The notes under the pieces are model-generated. The model saw only the letters and a program-made list of their open reading frames with translations. It was not told the DNA's origin and did not search any database. Of a DNA stretch of 64,000 bases, positions 35,266 through 49,947 are shown piece after piece. The stretch is from contig CM060731.1 of assembly GCA_030704615.1 (NCBI GenBank), forward strand, positions 41,788,001 through 41,852,000, read 5' to 3'. Position numbers and translations under genes: made by a program. Positions within the stretch are counted from its first letter, which is position 1. Each line of letters begins with the position of its first letter. The DNA comes from Takakia lepidozioides (Eukaryota > Plantae > Bryophyta).

Positions 35266-38260
35266 TTATCTTGAAGCATCGTACAGATACATATGAGGTG
35301 GAACTGAAGGTAAGACCCAATGATCCCCACTGGAATAACTCAAAAATCTTGACTGCATCTTCTGCTGCTCAATGTGATAACGTGCAATGAAACAAGCAGC
35401 ATAGTACAATCCATAGCCCATGACCAAACTAGATACCTCCTTGGTCTTGGTGTAGATGTACCCATGAACAACCTGGAAGGCAATTAATTCCTTTAACATG
35501 GTGCCTGCCTCAGACCAGTACCTTGCAAAATGATGATCCTCAATGGGTCGATTGTTCAGAAGAACCTTAGTCCGAGTTGCCACTGGCAACCAAATGCACA
35601 TGATCTGGTAATAGTGTGCCAAAGACTGTGGATGACTGAATTCCTTCCAAGCCAAATCCATCACAATGGGAATTTGATTGAAGGGCATTATCATAGCCCG
35701 ATTGTACTCAAGTGCAGTAGGAGTCCTAGGTGGGTTAAACGCAGCATCTCTCCAAACCTCAGACTGTGGCATTGCCATTGTATCAACAGTGTCAGCCACC
35801 TGCACAGCCACCTGCTGTGGGGGCTGTGATATAGTGGTGACTTTATATGAAGTCCTGTATGACCACAAAGCTGTCAGCAGCTTTGTATCCCAATCCGTTC
35901 TGTTTGCATTGACTATCTTAGCCAAAATAGTGCATAGTATTTTGTTGGTGGCCTCTGCCTGCCCGTTACCCTGTGGGTAATAGGTTGTACTCTTCATGTG
36001 CACAATCATGCACTCTTTAATCAATAATTCTATGGTCTCATTAATGAAGTGACTTCCCTGGTCACTGATAAATTCCAGGGGACAGCCAAATCTTGTAAGT
36101 ATGTTCTCATACATGAACCTTGCTGTAGACTTAGCTGTGTTGTCCCTCAGAGCCTTGGCTTCCATCCACTTTGTAGTATAATCAGTGGTTGTGATTATAT
36201 ACTTGTTCTGTGTATTCCTGGCTGGTGGGTTTATTGGTCCAACAAAGTCTAGTCCCCATTTCTGAAATGATTCAGTATGCATCGTCGGATGCAAAGCCAT
36301 ATTTCCAGATCTTTGCAAAGGTCCTAGACTCTGACACTCATCACAACTTTTGCAATACTTGTACACATCTTTAAACAGATTAGGCCACCAGTAACCTACA
36401 AGTAGTATTTTTCTGCTGGTAGTCTCCTCTCCAAAATGACCCCCAGCCACTCCTTTATGAATTTATTCTAAAATTTTATTTACTTCATGGTGGTACAAAC
36501 ATCGTTTAAGAACTCCATCAGGTCCTAGCTTATACAATCTGCCACCTATCATAGTGTAGGGTAAAGCCTTGATAGCTATTCTCTTCCTCTGTTCTTTCCT
36601 ATAATTGGGTGGGCACTGACCATGAGTAAGGTAGTATTGGATTGGCCACTGCCAATCTAACCAATCATCTGCACTTCCTCGCACCTCCACTGCAAATAGA
36701 CTCGCATCAGGTAGTTGGTCGTCTACTCCCGTGGCGGGCTCTCCTGTTGGACAAGTGATCTGCCACAAGGTGCAAACGGCCAGGCTTGTAAACAATTTCG
36801 AATTCAAACTCGTGCAAGATTATTAACCATCTTGTTATCCTGCCACTTATCAAAGGCTTGTTCACCAGATAAATCAAAGCCTGATGATCCACATAAAACA
36901 TAAACTTCATTCCCAATAGGTAATGCCTGAATTTCTTGATTGCATAAATCATTGTCAATGCTTCTCTTTCAGTTGTGCTATAATTCCTTTCAGCACTGTT
37001 CAACAACCTGCTAGTATAGTACACATGTGAATCTATGTTTCCTGTGACATTTTGGGCTAACACAGCTCCCAATGCTTCTCCTGAGGCATCACAGTGTACA
37101 TAAAATACTACGTGCCAATGTGGGTTAATCAGCACAGGTGTAGTTGTTATTGACAATGTAAGTGCTTCAAATGCTTGTTGACATCAGCTGTCCATGCAAA
37201 CACTGCATCCTTCTTCAAAAACTTGCTCAAAGGTGTTGCCATCTGTGCATACCGTCTGATAAACCGTCTGATAAACCTTCTGTAGTAAATGGTTTGTCCA
37301 ACGAATCTCCTTAGACTTTTAACATTTTCTAGTGGTGGAGATGATTTAATGGCCTCTGTCTTTCTGGGATCTACAAGCAGTCATCTCTTACACACAATGT
37401 GTCCCAGAAGTTACCCTGAATTCACACAGAAACTACACTTTTTTGGAATCAGACCAAGACCTCTCATCCTGCATCTGGCCAAACATAATTCCAACTTCTG
37501 CAAGTGCTCATTCTTAGAGCTGTACACACTGAAGTCATCTAAGAACACTTGCATGAAATCATCCAGATACTCATGGAATGATTGACTTATCACTCTCTGA
37601 AAAGTTGCTGGTGCATTACAAAGTCCAAAAGACATGACTTTGTATGCATAAGCACATCAGTCTGTGATGAAAGTTGTCTTTCCTTGGTCTTCTTCCGCCA
37701 CTTGCACTTGGTTATATCCACTAAAGCCATCCATGAATGAGTACATCTCATGGCTTGCCACAGTGTCCATTACAGCTTCTGTAAATGACAAAGGAAAGAG
37801 ATCTTTCTTTGTACAAGCATTCAACTTCTTATAGTTCACACAAACCCTAAAGTTGTCATTCTCTTGGGAACTATCATAATGGATGACAGCCAAGTTGTAT
37901 ACTCTATCGGGTATATGAACTTAGCCTCAGTCAACTTCCTGATCTCTTCCCCAACCTTCTGTGCATAATTAGGATTCATCATATACCTTGCCTGTTTGAT
38001 TGGTACCGACCCTGGTTCCAGTTCAATCTTATGCTGGCAGATCTCAGGTGGTATCCCTTTCAGATCCTCATAGCTCCCAAGAAATACATCTTTGTATTTG
38101 ATAAACAGGCTCTTAGCTTCCTCAAAGATTCTGGCTCCAAGTCAGCCCCTACTTTCACCATTCTTGGTTCCTCCTCAGTTCCCACATTCACGTCTCTCAC
38201 CTGCTCTTCAGCTGCGATTGTCCATCCAGCCACTACTTCATCCTGTAAACTCACAATGGT
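35266..38260 (-). pseudogene. RT-RNase H-integrase of gypsy element 2 (inverted), plus part of an extra ORF
   Basis: DGFSGYNQ, MSFGLCNAPATFQR, FLDDFSV, HCDAS, TTERE, VDHQAL, GGHFG...CDEC, WGLDFVGP, SDQGSHF, QGNGQAE. Confidence 0.9.
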
Positions 38261-41200
38261 TGGTTATTCTAGATTTCCATTTCTCCTCTCTTTTCCTCAT
38301 AGAATTTGGTGGGTAACTACTTGTTTCACCCTCAATTGTGGTTGCTATTACTGTACCACAACAGATACCATTAAAACAACTCAGGCCTCCCAGTTGCATT
38401 TCTGCAACCTGCTCCCACTCTGGGTGTGCAGCAAACAGGGTAACCTCCTGCTCCTCATCAATTCCTCCCCTCTAGTCATACTCTCTGACTCCACGAGGTC
38501 TTCTACTTATTTTGCTTGCAAGCGACTAATGCAAGTAGTACAGTTTAAGCTTCCAGACATGGTGGGCCAACACTGTAAACCACGCAGAATTCCTGAGAAG
38601 CCACTTAAAGTTCGGCCACCGAAACATCTCAGGGGGGAAGATGATTCTGATACTACTGGTTCTACAGAGGAACCTTTTGATATGGCGGAGGACTATGCAC
38701 TACAGATGGCAGAGAAGAAACGACGGGGATCTCCTATGCCTGAGAGGTTACCGCGTTATCAACCACAGGAGGGTCAGGCATTTCCATTTGGTGCTCAATC
38801 GCCTTCATCAGCCAGTGACAGGGCTCGGGCTCGCACACAGAGCCCTCCAAGGGACTCTCACCGACAGAATGGTGCTCGGTCACAAAGGTTGCTGATCCTA
38901 AACAGTAACCTGAGGACAACGGTTTTGAGAGGGGGAGGGGTAATGTTAGAGGGCTGTTTGGGACTTAGACATTTTTTACGGGTTCTGTGGGGTACCCTTA
39001 ATTTTTGCGCAGACTTACGATGGTAGACTTAGACCAACACAGGCTTAGGGGGTGGTACAAAAGGTTGTACAGCCAGTCACAGCCATACACAAGCCTGACT
39101 CAAGCCTTACACAGTCTGTCACAGTCATCACAGCCTATCACAGTTATCACAGTCTATCACAGCCCGACACAGCTTCGCACAACCAGTCACAGCCCGACAT
39201 AGGCCGACACGGCCAGTCACAACTCGGCACAGTCACAGCCGACACAGCTTGGCACAGCCCGTCACAGCGTACATAGGAAACGGTTATCATTGGCCGGGAA
39301 CGACTGTGTGGGAACGACATCTACAAAGAGAACGTGCTTACTTCTTAGGTGACAGATAATTAGTTAGGCGGTTAGAACAGCTTGTAGATAAATTAGGCAG
39401 AACAAGCATCATGGGGGACTTCACGGGGGCACTTCTTGGTCATTGAGAAGAGGAGATGGGGCGGAGAGCAGGAACGGGAGCACGGTGAAGGAGGAGAGAA
39501 GATCGGTAGATGCTTGATACATGCAAAGTTGTAGTGATACTGTAGAAGAGATTAGAGACACCAAGGCTTCGGCCTGATACATGATAAATCTTAATCGGAT
39601 ACTTATTTGATACAATCACACTATGTAGAGAGACTTGAGTGAACCTGTGGAATGAATGGATGAGTGAATGGAACCTGATAGATACTGAAGCAATCGGATG
39701 CTTAAGTATACATAGAAAGGTAATTTGCTAACATGAAGGTAAGAAGAAATATAAACAGGAAGCACAACCATGATACACTAGCTATAGGTCATGACTGATT
39801 GTTCTGAGCGGGCTGAGTGCATAGAGATATCCAACTCTTCTATCTTGGAGTTCCTACCTCGGATAACGAAGGAATGGGTGAGTAAAAGCCGCTTGACATT
39901 ACCCTTTTATTTAACCAGGATTTTCTTATAGGGGGGGATGGGGGGGGGGTGTTGCGGTATTTCTTTTCTTGATCAACGGTGTACTCACATTATATGAATC
40001 CCCGTCCCCGTCCCACTTAAATAAGTACCCCAAATCTGTAAAGGGTTCTTTAATCCAATATCAATAAAATAGGGATAGTGGAAGGAACTAATGGCGTGCA
40101 ATCTAGGGGTGGGTTAGAGCTTCTATTGCATAGCAAGCTATAGCCTAGTGCCAGTCTCTCCAAAAGATAGTGACATTGCACAAGAGACATTTATATTTTG
40201 TCCACCCTTAGCTTAGGGCCGCAAAGTGCAGCCGCCGCTCTGCCCCGGGCTGAGGTGTGGGTCCTTTGTGTGTGTTTGTAACTGTTAACCATCACATTAG
40301 TAATGAGGACCTCACATATCATCTTGTATCTTTGCTCAATTTTGATGCAAAGAGCATTCAATATCCGGGTGAAAGCATGCTAATGTATTTCCCACTGACA
40401 CTCCTGAAAAGGACTAAATTTTGACTGCTGGCGAGTTACACCAGCAGGCGTCCCTTTTTCCGCGCGTGTGGACATGACATGTTGCGATGAAACGCGCGTT
40501 ATTAAAATACAGATGATTAGTGGGCACCTCGACCACATCCATTGGATGCTAGTAATCCTTTGTCCCTCTCTCACCAATTTTGCTCGTAACACCACTAATT
40601 TTTGAATTTACGATACTAATCGACCCTTTTCCACCATTTTTTCCCCTCATCGCATCCAAGCCGGTTTTGGTGTGTTTGATGCCTATTTCAGTGCTGCAGA
40701 TGCTCGTATAATTTTTAGGAGTTTATTTGATATATTTTTAATTTTAAACTAATTTGCAATGAAATGATACACTATTTGTAAGAACTCTTTTGGCCTCAAA
40801 TTCAAAATTGGAGGACCTTTGTACCATTTCAAGGACATGGCCCTTCTTCCTTTTCAGTAGCTAAACACTTTTGGTGAAAGAACTATGTTCAAATTTTGAG
40901 GTTTAGTAGTACCAAGTTTGGTTGCCCCCCAGTGTTATGCCCAACGGCGTCTGTAGAAAATTCCCTATGATAATGGGTATTTTTGTTTTTGCAGGTCTAC
41001 TGTCTTTTTTGCATTCTTCCATACCTCAAATAAGCACATGAAAATCCCTAATAGGCACTTCACATGTTATGGGTGTGTGAAAATGAGTCCTAAAGGACTA
41101 CTTAACATTTTGGGACATTTTGATACCTTGTGCTATTCAAGACTTTTTAGGACCCCTTAAACTTGTCAAATCACAAAACAATTATATGGGCATGACACAG

Positions 41201-44164
41201 AACTTCAAGGGCTTTCCACATGACTTTATAATGTGTATGTGTGTTTTCATAGTGAACTCAATATCCTAAATTTGGATCGATTGCGTCATATGGCTGGAAA
41301 ACAGTTTGTGACAACCTTTTTGGTTCATATTAGTGTGCTTTTGTGACCATCCATCCAGTACATAACCTTCATATTGGGCTACCAGCAACACATGGACACA
41401 TAGATGGCTTTATAAGTCCAACATCGAGCATCTTTTTGACCTCTTTCCCAATCCTAGCCATTTCTTCTACAAGCATATGCCAATATAAGCCAACGCAGAT
41501 TGGCACGAGTATACTCTACCAAACATATGACTGCATTTTGGACTTACATTTTTTTATTTCATTTGTTTTTATGCTTTTTAATTATTATTCCCCCGCTATT
41601 TTTTATCACCCCCCCTATATTTCTCGTTGGAAATTTTTAGTGTCGATTATGCTATTGTGCCTCGTGATTTCATGCGGCTTATACTCGCTCTTGATGTTAC
41701 TTTAATATGTCTTTACATAGACTGGTTTTATATTGTGTTTAAACTTATGAAATCTTTTTAGGATCGCAGCATGGACGCACCGACCTTTGTTCTTCCTGTT
41801 TCCCTTGTTTTTCCGCAAGATTTCCGTCTTTTGAATTCACTACTTGGTGGTATTTGCTCGCTATATGCATTGCACTTGTAGGGATTTCTTTTTTCTCAGT
41901 TTTTATGTGTTGGCTCTTTTCCCTGTCCATACCTTCAATTTCCATAGTTCTTATCTTTGTGCATCCTCTTCTGCCTTCTCTGCCCACCCCAGTCTCTCTT
42001 CCCTTTGGACCGTTTCTCATAATTGTTTTGTATGCGCTTCATGCTTCGTTTATGCATGTTTGAGACTTCAGGTGATGCTCTTGTAGACCTCGTTGTGTCG
42101 TGTGCAACTATCTGCGCGGACCGTTTCCTATGGGTACTCATGTTGTTTTCTGTGCATATGTCCCACATAAATTTTTGGTTTTATTCGGCTGCTTCTTTTG
42201 TGTCTGGCTGGCAATACTGTCTGAATTCGCGCTTTCGAGCTCCTGCCTTACGGTAGTGATATTATGCAGACCAAATACCGTTTAGGAAAAATGCCTCATT
42301 GGGAACCGTTCCCTTTCGTTAAAGAAAAAAAGAAAAATCTACATCTGGGTTCAGGAATCGAAAATCCAGGAAGTTTCGAGTCCTCAACTAAGAACTTTCC
42401 CTCCTACATAAAAACACACCCACCGACGAAGCCGCCTACTTCCTCAAGGCATTGCACGTTCTTCAAGCTTTTGCATCTGTCACCCCCACCCACTCTACCA
42501 ACCCTCCTTCCATTTCTCGCCCGCTCCGTTTTCTTATCTTGAATACTGGGATCATGCAGGCATCATGCACCCTGGATTTGGTAGTCCATTTGTTTTTGGC
42601 TCATGAATGCGGTGCCCACATTCTAGGAATCCAGCAAGCGAGCCAGGGTGGGGTATGTAGTAATCAGTCCGGGCAGGCAGGCGAACAGGCTTGCCTAACT
42701 TATATTGGAAGCAGCCAGCGGCGACTGCAAGTTGAAGCAACCAACCCAAATTGCGCACACGCACGCAGCCTTGAGTGCATTGAATGGCGTGCACTCATCT
42801 GCTTTGCTTGGGCTCTGTGCCCTCGCTTCCCTCCCTTTTCAAAACCGTGTGCGAATTTGAAGGAGAGCTCAAGATCCCACCGCATCTTCGCTCTCACACT
42901 CTCGCCAGATCCTCGATCCGACCTCCTCTCTCTCTCTCCCTCCCTCTCTCTCTTCCATCTCTTTTTTTTTTTTTTTTTTTTTCTCTCTTCCATCTTCCAT
43001 CTGAACCACTGGAGTAGGCAACCGCCTGAGTTAATCTTTCATATAATAAATGAAGTAAAATCTATAAAAGGAAAATATTTATTTCAGCATATAAAGGGGG
43101 CATATCTATTTCGGATACATAATGGTCATGATTTTCATTAGTCCGGTACATGAGTAGGATATTGTACTGAGAGCCACAGGGTAATTTTGGGTCAAATCTT
43201 GCTTACCAGCCCCACCTTTTTAAAAATTGAAACAAAAATTTGGCACTAGTTGGCATCCTAAAGACAGAGAGTCGATAGCATCAATGGGAATAGGTAGGAC
43301 TTCCGGTTATCTTTTTGGAACCAGTTAGCATTTGTGTCGAGTGTAGGAAGAGCCGCACACTTCACTACTAGAATGTAGACATGTGCGGAATGGCGGACGA
43401 GCATGACTTGTGGGACGACGCTTGTACATGAAATGAAAGGGAGAGTAGGTAGGCTGGGAAGCATGACAAGCGTGAAACACATGTGACAAGTTTCAAATTT
43501 TGTCGAAAGAGAGACTTCTAGAATGACTCCGGTCTATGGATCTATCCAGTAATAAGTCCAGTACATAATAAGTCCAGTGGTAAGTCCAGTGCCAGTGCGA
43601 ACGACAAAATAGAGACCACAGAATTCTTAAGAAAGTTCCAGTTTTGCACTCATGCGAGTCACCAACCATCAATTAATTAATGTGAAACACACTGTCTCTT
43701 CTGTTGACTAAGGCGCTCAATTTGTAAGTTTATAATTATGATTATTTAGTTTTTATATTTTTTTAATAGTCGTATGGCTGTTTTTTTCCCTGAATCAGGT
43801 ATGATATTATTAGCGATAATTGTCTCCATATGCAGGTGTCTCCATATACGTCGGATGAAAACTCGTTTTGGATGAAACATTGGATGACAAATAGGCATAT
43901 CGTCATATTAAGTAAGATAATGTCCATCTGTGGAAGCAATCTCAAATAATACTCGTAGCAGACTCGCTGCCCCAGCTCGCCGGCAGCTCGGATTATTCTC
44001 GATATGCTCCTCCACATTGACATTATCTCATACGTAAAGCGCGGATGGTGACAAGTTTTGTTTTTTTTCTAAAGTAAAAAATAACTTTGCCAGCCATTTC
44101 AGTTTCCAATCAGGACTCTGGCAGGAGAAAATATGTGGGATGAAAGAGTTTTTGAGAAAATTAC

Positions 44165-44812
44165 CAGTGTTGGACTGGTATACCTGGTTTAACCTAGGTA
44201 TGGAATACAGGTATGAATATATATATTGAAGAACATACCAAGTCGGGTATGAAAGAACCAGTGTAACCCGTGTGATACACGTACTGGGGGAGTATGGCTT
44301 TAGGATTCCCCCACACATACCATACCAGTCTGGGTATATGGAGGAATAGCATGGTCCCGATACCAGTATTGCGGTGAGTTCATGGCGAATGGAGGTAGGT
44401 ATGAGTATATGTTAGTGCAGCTAGTTATACCCTGTACTACAATTTGGTTAATTCAAGGCTCCATGTTGCAATTTAGACTTCATTTTCTGTTTCGTGCTAC
44501 TTTGGGTTACCTTTGCCTAGTGTTTCATGGCTTGGATTAAAATTAGCTATGTGCTAAATGACATTTATTTTTATGTATGGTGAGATGTAGAAATACCATA
44601 CCAGTGCTCATACCCCCCTAGTATCACCAGAGAAAGGGCAATACCAATACCATACCCATATACAGCCCAAAGTACAACTACTCATACCAGATTCATACCC
44701 AAGTTGCTCATACCTGTATAGATACCTATACCAGCCTGGTATGAAAAAGGGGTGGGACCCTTCATACCAGGACCAGTCTGGTATTAAAAAATGGACATCA
44801 GTCCAACACCTG
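44165..44812. mobile_element. Second copy of the hAT-like MITE family (opposite orientation)
   Basis: CAGTGTTGGACTGGTAT ... CAGTCCAACAC with ATACCAG repeats; TSD not evident. Confidence 0.7.
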
Positions 44813-45160
44813 ATTTTGGTTTTGTAAAGACTTGGAAAAAGCAAGATTTTATTTATTTATTTTTTGACTCTGACTGACCACTACAATATTGCAAGTGAGT
44901 TGCTCTATTATTCCTCAAAAAGAGAGTAAATAATACCATCAATCTATTGGGCACTGTACCCTTTTTCGAAATAAACACATAAATAAAGGCACTGCCGTTT
45001 AAAATTAAAATAAGTAAGAGAATAGAGGGGTTGAGAATAGGCACGACATATCCCGGGATTGGGGCGCGCCGAGTTAGGGGCCGTTGTCCAGGCGCTGGTT
45101 ACCCGGCGGTCGGTGGCGAGCAGGGGGGACCAGCGGACGGACATTCGAACGGTCGTCGGA

Positions 45161-45291
45161 GGCGACCATTGGACAGATACCGTTGCCTCGCTCGAGTCTT
45201 TGAGGCGACCATCGGACGGATTCCGTTGCCTCGCTCGAGTCTTTGAGGCGACCATTGGACGGATTCCGTTGCCTCGCTCAAGTCTTTGAGG
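45161..45291. repeat. 43-bp tandem repeat x3
   Basis: GGCGACCATTGGACGGATTCCGTTGCCTCGCTCGAGTCTTTGA, head-to-tail with no spacers. Confidence 0.9.
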
Positions 45292-46251
45292 GCCCCCACG
45301 CGAGTTTCTTGGCGTAGTGTGCGAGAGAGACGACATCGCTCTCGTCTTTCGGTTGAAGTTAGGATTGTTTTGGAGCATTCGCTGGAGTCTTCTGTCTGCA
45401 CTCTCTACTCAGTCGGTCGTTTGATTCGATATCTTGTTTTTGGTTTCTGGATCTTTGTGGTAATCTGTTGAAGAACTTCTAGAAGATATGGTGTACGCCG
45501 GAGACCTGGAGCTGCCAGTGGTAGGGTTTACATCTTTATTCTTTGAAAAGATTATTCGTTTTTGTATTGGAGATTTAGTCTGTGTCACCTCGTGTTGGCT
45601 GCTGGAGCTATATGAACAAGAGATCGGCATTTTTTAATTGTGTCGATGCCGATGGCGTGTGCCGGTTAGGGCCTTGTGTTCTCCTCTCCTTTCTCGACAT
45701 GTGGGATGCTGGATGTGTGTTTGTCTTCCTGTTGATCTTGCACGAACAATGGCTCACAATACAGCTGGTGGGAGTGGAGAAGATATGATGGAAGTTCTAT
45801 CCAAATGTGACTGAAGGGATCTGTCGAGTTCATAGAGACTGGCATGCAAGCGGGAGTCGAGCATTCTGGTGGTCCCTTTTACATCTAGCTGATCTCTCTG
45901 TGGTTTGGAGAGCCGTTGTCCGATCGTCCATAAGCAGATTGGTGATTGCTGTGCCTCCTGAATTTACTTGGTTTCTTGAGGATGCCGGTGAGGGAAGCCA
46001 CACAACGGAGATCTGGAATGGAAATTTGCTGTTTTGTGTCCTATTGGTTGAGGAACGGACGGAAGAGCAGATGCTCTGTTTCCCTCAATGTGGCGTGCCA
46101 ATGTAAATCGTTGAATTTCCCAGGACATCAGGTCAGTCCGCAGGTTCAGATAATCGGGGTGTTGGTTTAGGACGTGCTGAAGGGCTTCCCGTCGTGTCCA
46201 AGGCTTGGATTGCGCTTCATACTTGAGGTTCAGTGGTTTGAAGTTGTAGCC

Positions 46252-48643
46252 ATGGGGTACTTGTCCTGTCGAACGGTGACAGCCATTGGCACCTGTGAGG
46301 ACGCACATCGCAAGCACAAGAAGAGGCCTGTGAAGCTGCAAGTCTTCAAGTATGTGGTAAGAGTGCCTCTAGAAAGAGATCCTCTGGCAACGGATAGTAG
46401 TTGTGAGATTAGATTTATCGCAAGGTTGGAGTCCAAGGTAGAGTGGAATAGCTATAGTAGTTCAATCGAAGATTGCCTTCGGTGCCGCCCGAATCTGGAC
46501 CGGGTGCATTGCAAATCCAACAAGACTTGGTTCTGCAGCAGTCGACCGTCAGTAGGTGAAGTGTTTGAATGGTAATGGGAGAGGGGGGCCTGGGTTTGGG
46601 GAGGGTGGATTTGCTTGTTATCTTTGCTGTGGATGCCCTCTTATCAGAGATTGCTCAAAGTCGGGGTTTATGTTTGTGGAATGATCAGTAGAGGTAGTGC
46701 TGCATTGAGTGGTCGACAGTTGCCGAACAGCATGCGGGTGGTTTTGGTCTGTGCTTCGATTTTAGTAATGAAGTTGGTTTCTATGTATCGTGTCGTTGAA
46801 GGATTTGGAGAAAGCGACGGGGGATTTTTCGTTAAAGAGATTACTTGGCAAGGGCAGCCATGGATGCGTGTACAAAGGCACACTGGAGAATGGCAAGTTG
46901 GTTGCGGTGAAGCGTCCCACATTTGCTCGGCAGCTCCTGCAAGACGAAACTTCGTTTGATAATGAGCTGGAAATTTTGTCGAAGCTGTGGAATGACAGGG
47001 TGGTCAACTTATTGGGGTTCAGCCGCGATTCAGAGGAGAAGCTTTTGGTGGTCGAGTTCATGGCTAACGGCACACTGCATGACAATCTTCACAGGAGCCA
47101 GACGCCTATGAGCTGGCCGATGCGTGTCCATCTGGCCCTGCAAACAGCCAGGGGGATTTTGTCTCTCCACTCTGCCCGGCCCCCAATCATTCACCGAGAT
47201 ATCAAGTCCTCCAATGTGATGATTGATGACAAGTGGAATGCCAAGCTTGGAGATTTCGGACTGGCTCTACGAGGCCACATTGAGGATGTATTAAGCAAAC
47301 CTACACCCCCAGCAGGCACCCTCGGCTATCTAGACCCAGAGTATGAGACTCCATCTGATTTGAGCACAAAAACAGATGTCTTCAGTTTTGGTATACTGCT
47401 GCTTGAAATAATTAGTGGCCGCAATGCCATTGATTTGGCGTACGACCCTTCCAGCATCCTTGAGTGGGCCCTGCCTCTCATCAAACAAGGGAAGCAAGTT
47501 GCTGTGTGCGACAGAAAGTTAAGACTCTGGGCAAACTTCAAGCCACTGAGACAGATGATACATCTGGCAGTGAAGTGTGTGCGGACTTCTAGCTACAGGC
47601 GCCCTTCCATGTTCGAAGTGGTTGAGGATCTGAAGGAAATTCATAGCAAAATCTCACCTCCAATACTTGATGGCCTGACACGCGCGGTAAAGTCAAGTCT
47701 CAGTGCACAGAGGAACAGGCTAGGGGTGTCATCTCGGAAGCCCAAGAGTGCTACCAAGTCCTGCCCAAAGTCACCGGGGCTACTGGCCCAGGCACCAATA
47801 GTCACAGAGGAGAGCTCAGGGGCAATCACTCTATATGGGGACACATCTGTAGTTGACAATGAGGAAATTGTCCCTGACAGGAGCCCCTCAAATTTTTTGA
47901 CACCTGCCAGGACACCTGATGAGACGCCCTCAAATCCACTCACACCTGACAGCAGCGAGGCAGCAGAATCAGAGATTGCTCTGGAGGACTATGCATCAGC
48001 AAATGCATCTTTCCGATCCAGCAACAGTGCAGCAACGATGGATCTTTATGAGGACATGAGCGAGTATGGCACATGGTCAAGTGCACGTGAATGTGCTTGT
48101 GGGTTGTCTTGTAGAGGTAAGATAAAGAGTGGGTGGAGATCCTTATCATGTTGTGACAGTCCTGGGGTTTCATATGAAATGGGTGGGGGCCTACCTTGTG
48201 GGCATCGCCAACTCAATGCAGCTTCCTTGGAGGAACCAAATGGCGAGTTCATAGATAGACTCACTTGTAGACCTTGTAGTAACCAAGTTTTTGAAGAAAC
48301 TGAAGAAGCGCACATCAGTGTCACTCAATTCAAGGCGACAGAGCAGCAATTTAGTGCAATCTCTTCATATGGGGATGGAGACCTCACTGAACAGACCAAT
48401 GACTCTAGGAAAATGGAGTCAGAAGATCCTGGGGTGAAGGCTGTTGATGAAGCTGTAGATAATGGTGTGCTGAGCCAACCCAATGGCATGGGAGGGACTA
48501 TCGATGGCAAGAGTGCAGTGTGTCCTCAGCTAGTGCAGCAGACCACGTCCTTGATCACCTCAAAGACCAGAACTTGCCTGGGAGCTGCTAGGAGACCCTG
48601 TTCGCCCAGACTGGAGGGAGATGAGGATCTACAGCCTAGGTAA
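46252..48643 (+). CDS. Receptor-like cytoplasmic Ser/Thr kinase (MGYLSC-type RLCK) with a long Ser/acidic C-tail, ~648 aa
   Basis: join(46252..46356,46802..48643), GT-AG, phase 0. MGYLSC N-terminus, LGKGSHG, VAVK, HRDIKSSN, DFG, GTLGYLDPEY, DVFSFG. Confidence 0.9.
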
Positions 48644-49947
48644 CTTTTTTAGAGGATTCCTTATGGGGCCTTCCATTACTTGAATTGGTCCTATAGGATG
48701 CCAAAGCACTCATTTAGTTGTTCCTTGTTTTTTTTGTTCTAGCCTGCATGCAGAGAAGAATGTGAATTTTTCTGGGCCAGAGATGTCACCCCTTGCAAGG
48801 GTTCCTTCTCAGTTGACTGTATATCATAGAGGTAATCTGGATCTCTTCTTTAGCTTGGCACAGGCCTTCTTGCCTTCCAGCAATGCTTATGACTGTTCAC
48901 TGCGGTGGAGCCTTTTTGGAGAGCTATATTTACGCAGTCATACTGTAGAAATGCAACTTGATAACTTTTCAGTGATAGATTAGATTGGACTTAACTTTAG
49001 AAAGAAAGAAGGGAAGAAAGTTCTATAAGATTTTGGAGGGCTCATTGGACGTTATCGTCAGGATAAAATTACAGTAGGTTATTCTACATCCCACTTTTTC
49101 GGATTGAAGATGGTTGTGCAGCAGCAAAAGAACATAGTAAGTTTCCTCTTCTCCAATAAAATCTGAACTGAGCTCATTGCGGTTACTGCAGGAATGTAAG
49201 GTGCTTTGGATTTGGGAGGTCAGTTTCAGTACCCTCCGTTTACAGGCCGAGTCACTGTGGGAGCAAATATAGTACTTGAAGATGTGAGCTCCTCCAGCAG
49301 ATCCTGCTCCCGTCTCGAAGTAATTGTACATCACCCAATGGACCATTGGGAACCTCATTTCTTTCATCAATTTTTACACTTATGAGCGGAGATGTAATCT
49401 ACAGTTCAGTTGCAGCATAATCAATTAGAATCACTGAAATTAGTGAATAGACAGACACTTGCTTAGAACACTAAATAGGGATATAGTCGTCTTATGAGAC
49501 TCTGTTGACAAGACAAGATTATGTTGTACTCACTTGTCGATGACAAGACTTAGCACCTAATTGAAGAGTTTGAATTGGGTTTCTCTCTCTTGGTGAGTAG
49601 GAATATGAGCATTCCAGCGCTGCAGACATGGCAATATAACAGTTGACTGCCAGGGGGAGTTGGCTAAGAAACGTGGACAAGCATTCATACTACCACAGTT
49701 TCAGACAGACCAGGAAAACACCAACAATTTCTTGGAAATAGAACAGGAGTAAGACACGCAGTATGTCAAGGGAGCCAATTCAATCACCAGAGTTGCAAAT
49801 TCTTAACTGATACCTGACCACTCTTCTGCAGTGTTTTCCTCTGCATTAATCTCTAGTTCGAGTTAGTGCATGCTTCTGAAAGAGAATACTTTTGACAGAA
49901 TATGTAGCACTACAGTATCCGAATCAATGCGACTAACCCTCTGCATT

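Larger units (their letters stand above)
31983..39898 (+). mobile_element. Second Ty3/gypsy LTR retrotransposon (non-chromovirus-like), decayed, with internally inverted pol
   Basis: LTRs start TGTTAGAGGG at 31983 (truncated at ~32244) and 38944. PPT GAGAGGGGGAGGGG lies before 38944. Likely end ...TTGACA at 39898 with TTACA/TTACC flanks. Confidence 0.8.

Noticed and set aside
38031-39026. 331-aa plus-strand ORF
   Set aside because: Chimeric: antisense to the inverted pol, then crosses the breakpoint and runs into the LTR.
39728-39733. CTAACA as the 3' LTR end of gypsy element 2
   Set aside because: Good inverted match to TGTTAG but no TSD. The end at 39898 gives a 4/5 TSD and is preferred, though not certain.
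40200-43800. Possible DNA transposon or gene
   Set aside because: No TIR/TSD pair or recognisable protein motif could be established by eye.
45161-45291. CRISPR-like array
   Set aside because: Head-to-tail repeats without spacers, eukaryotic context, no cas genes.
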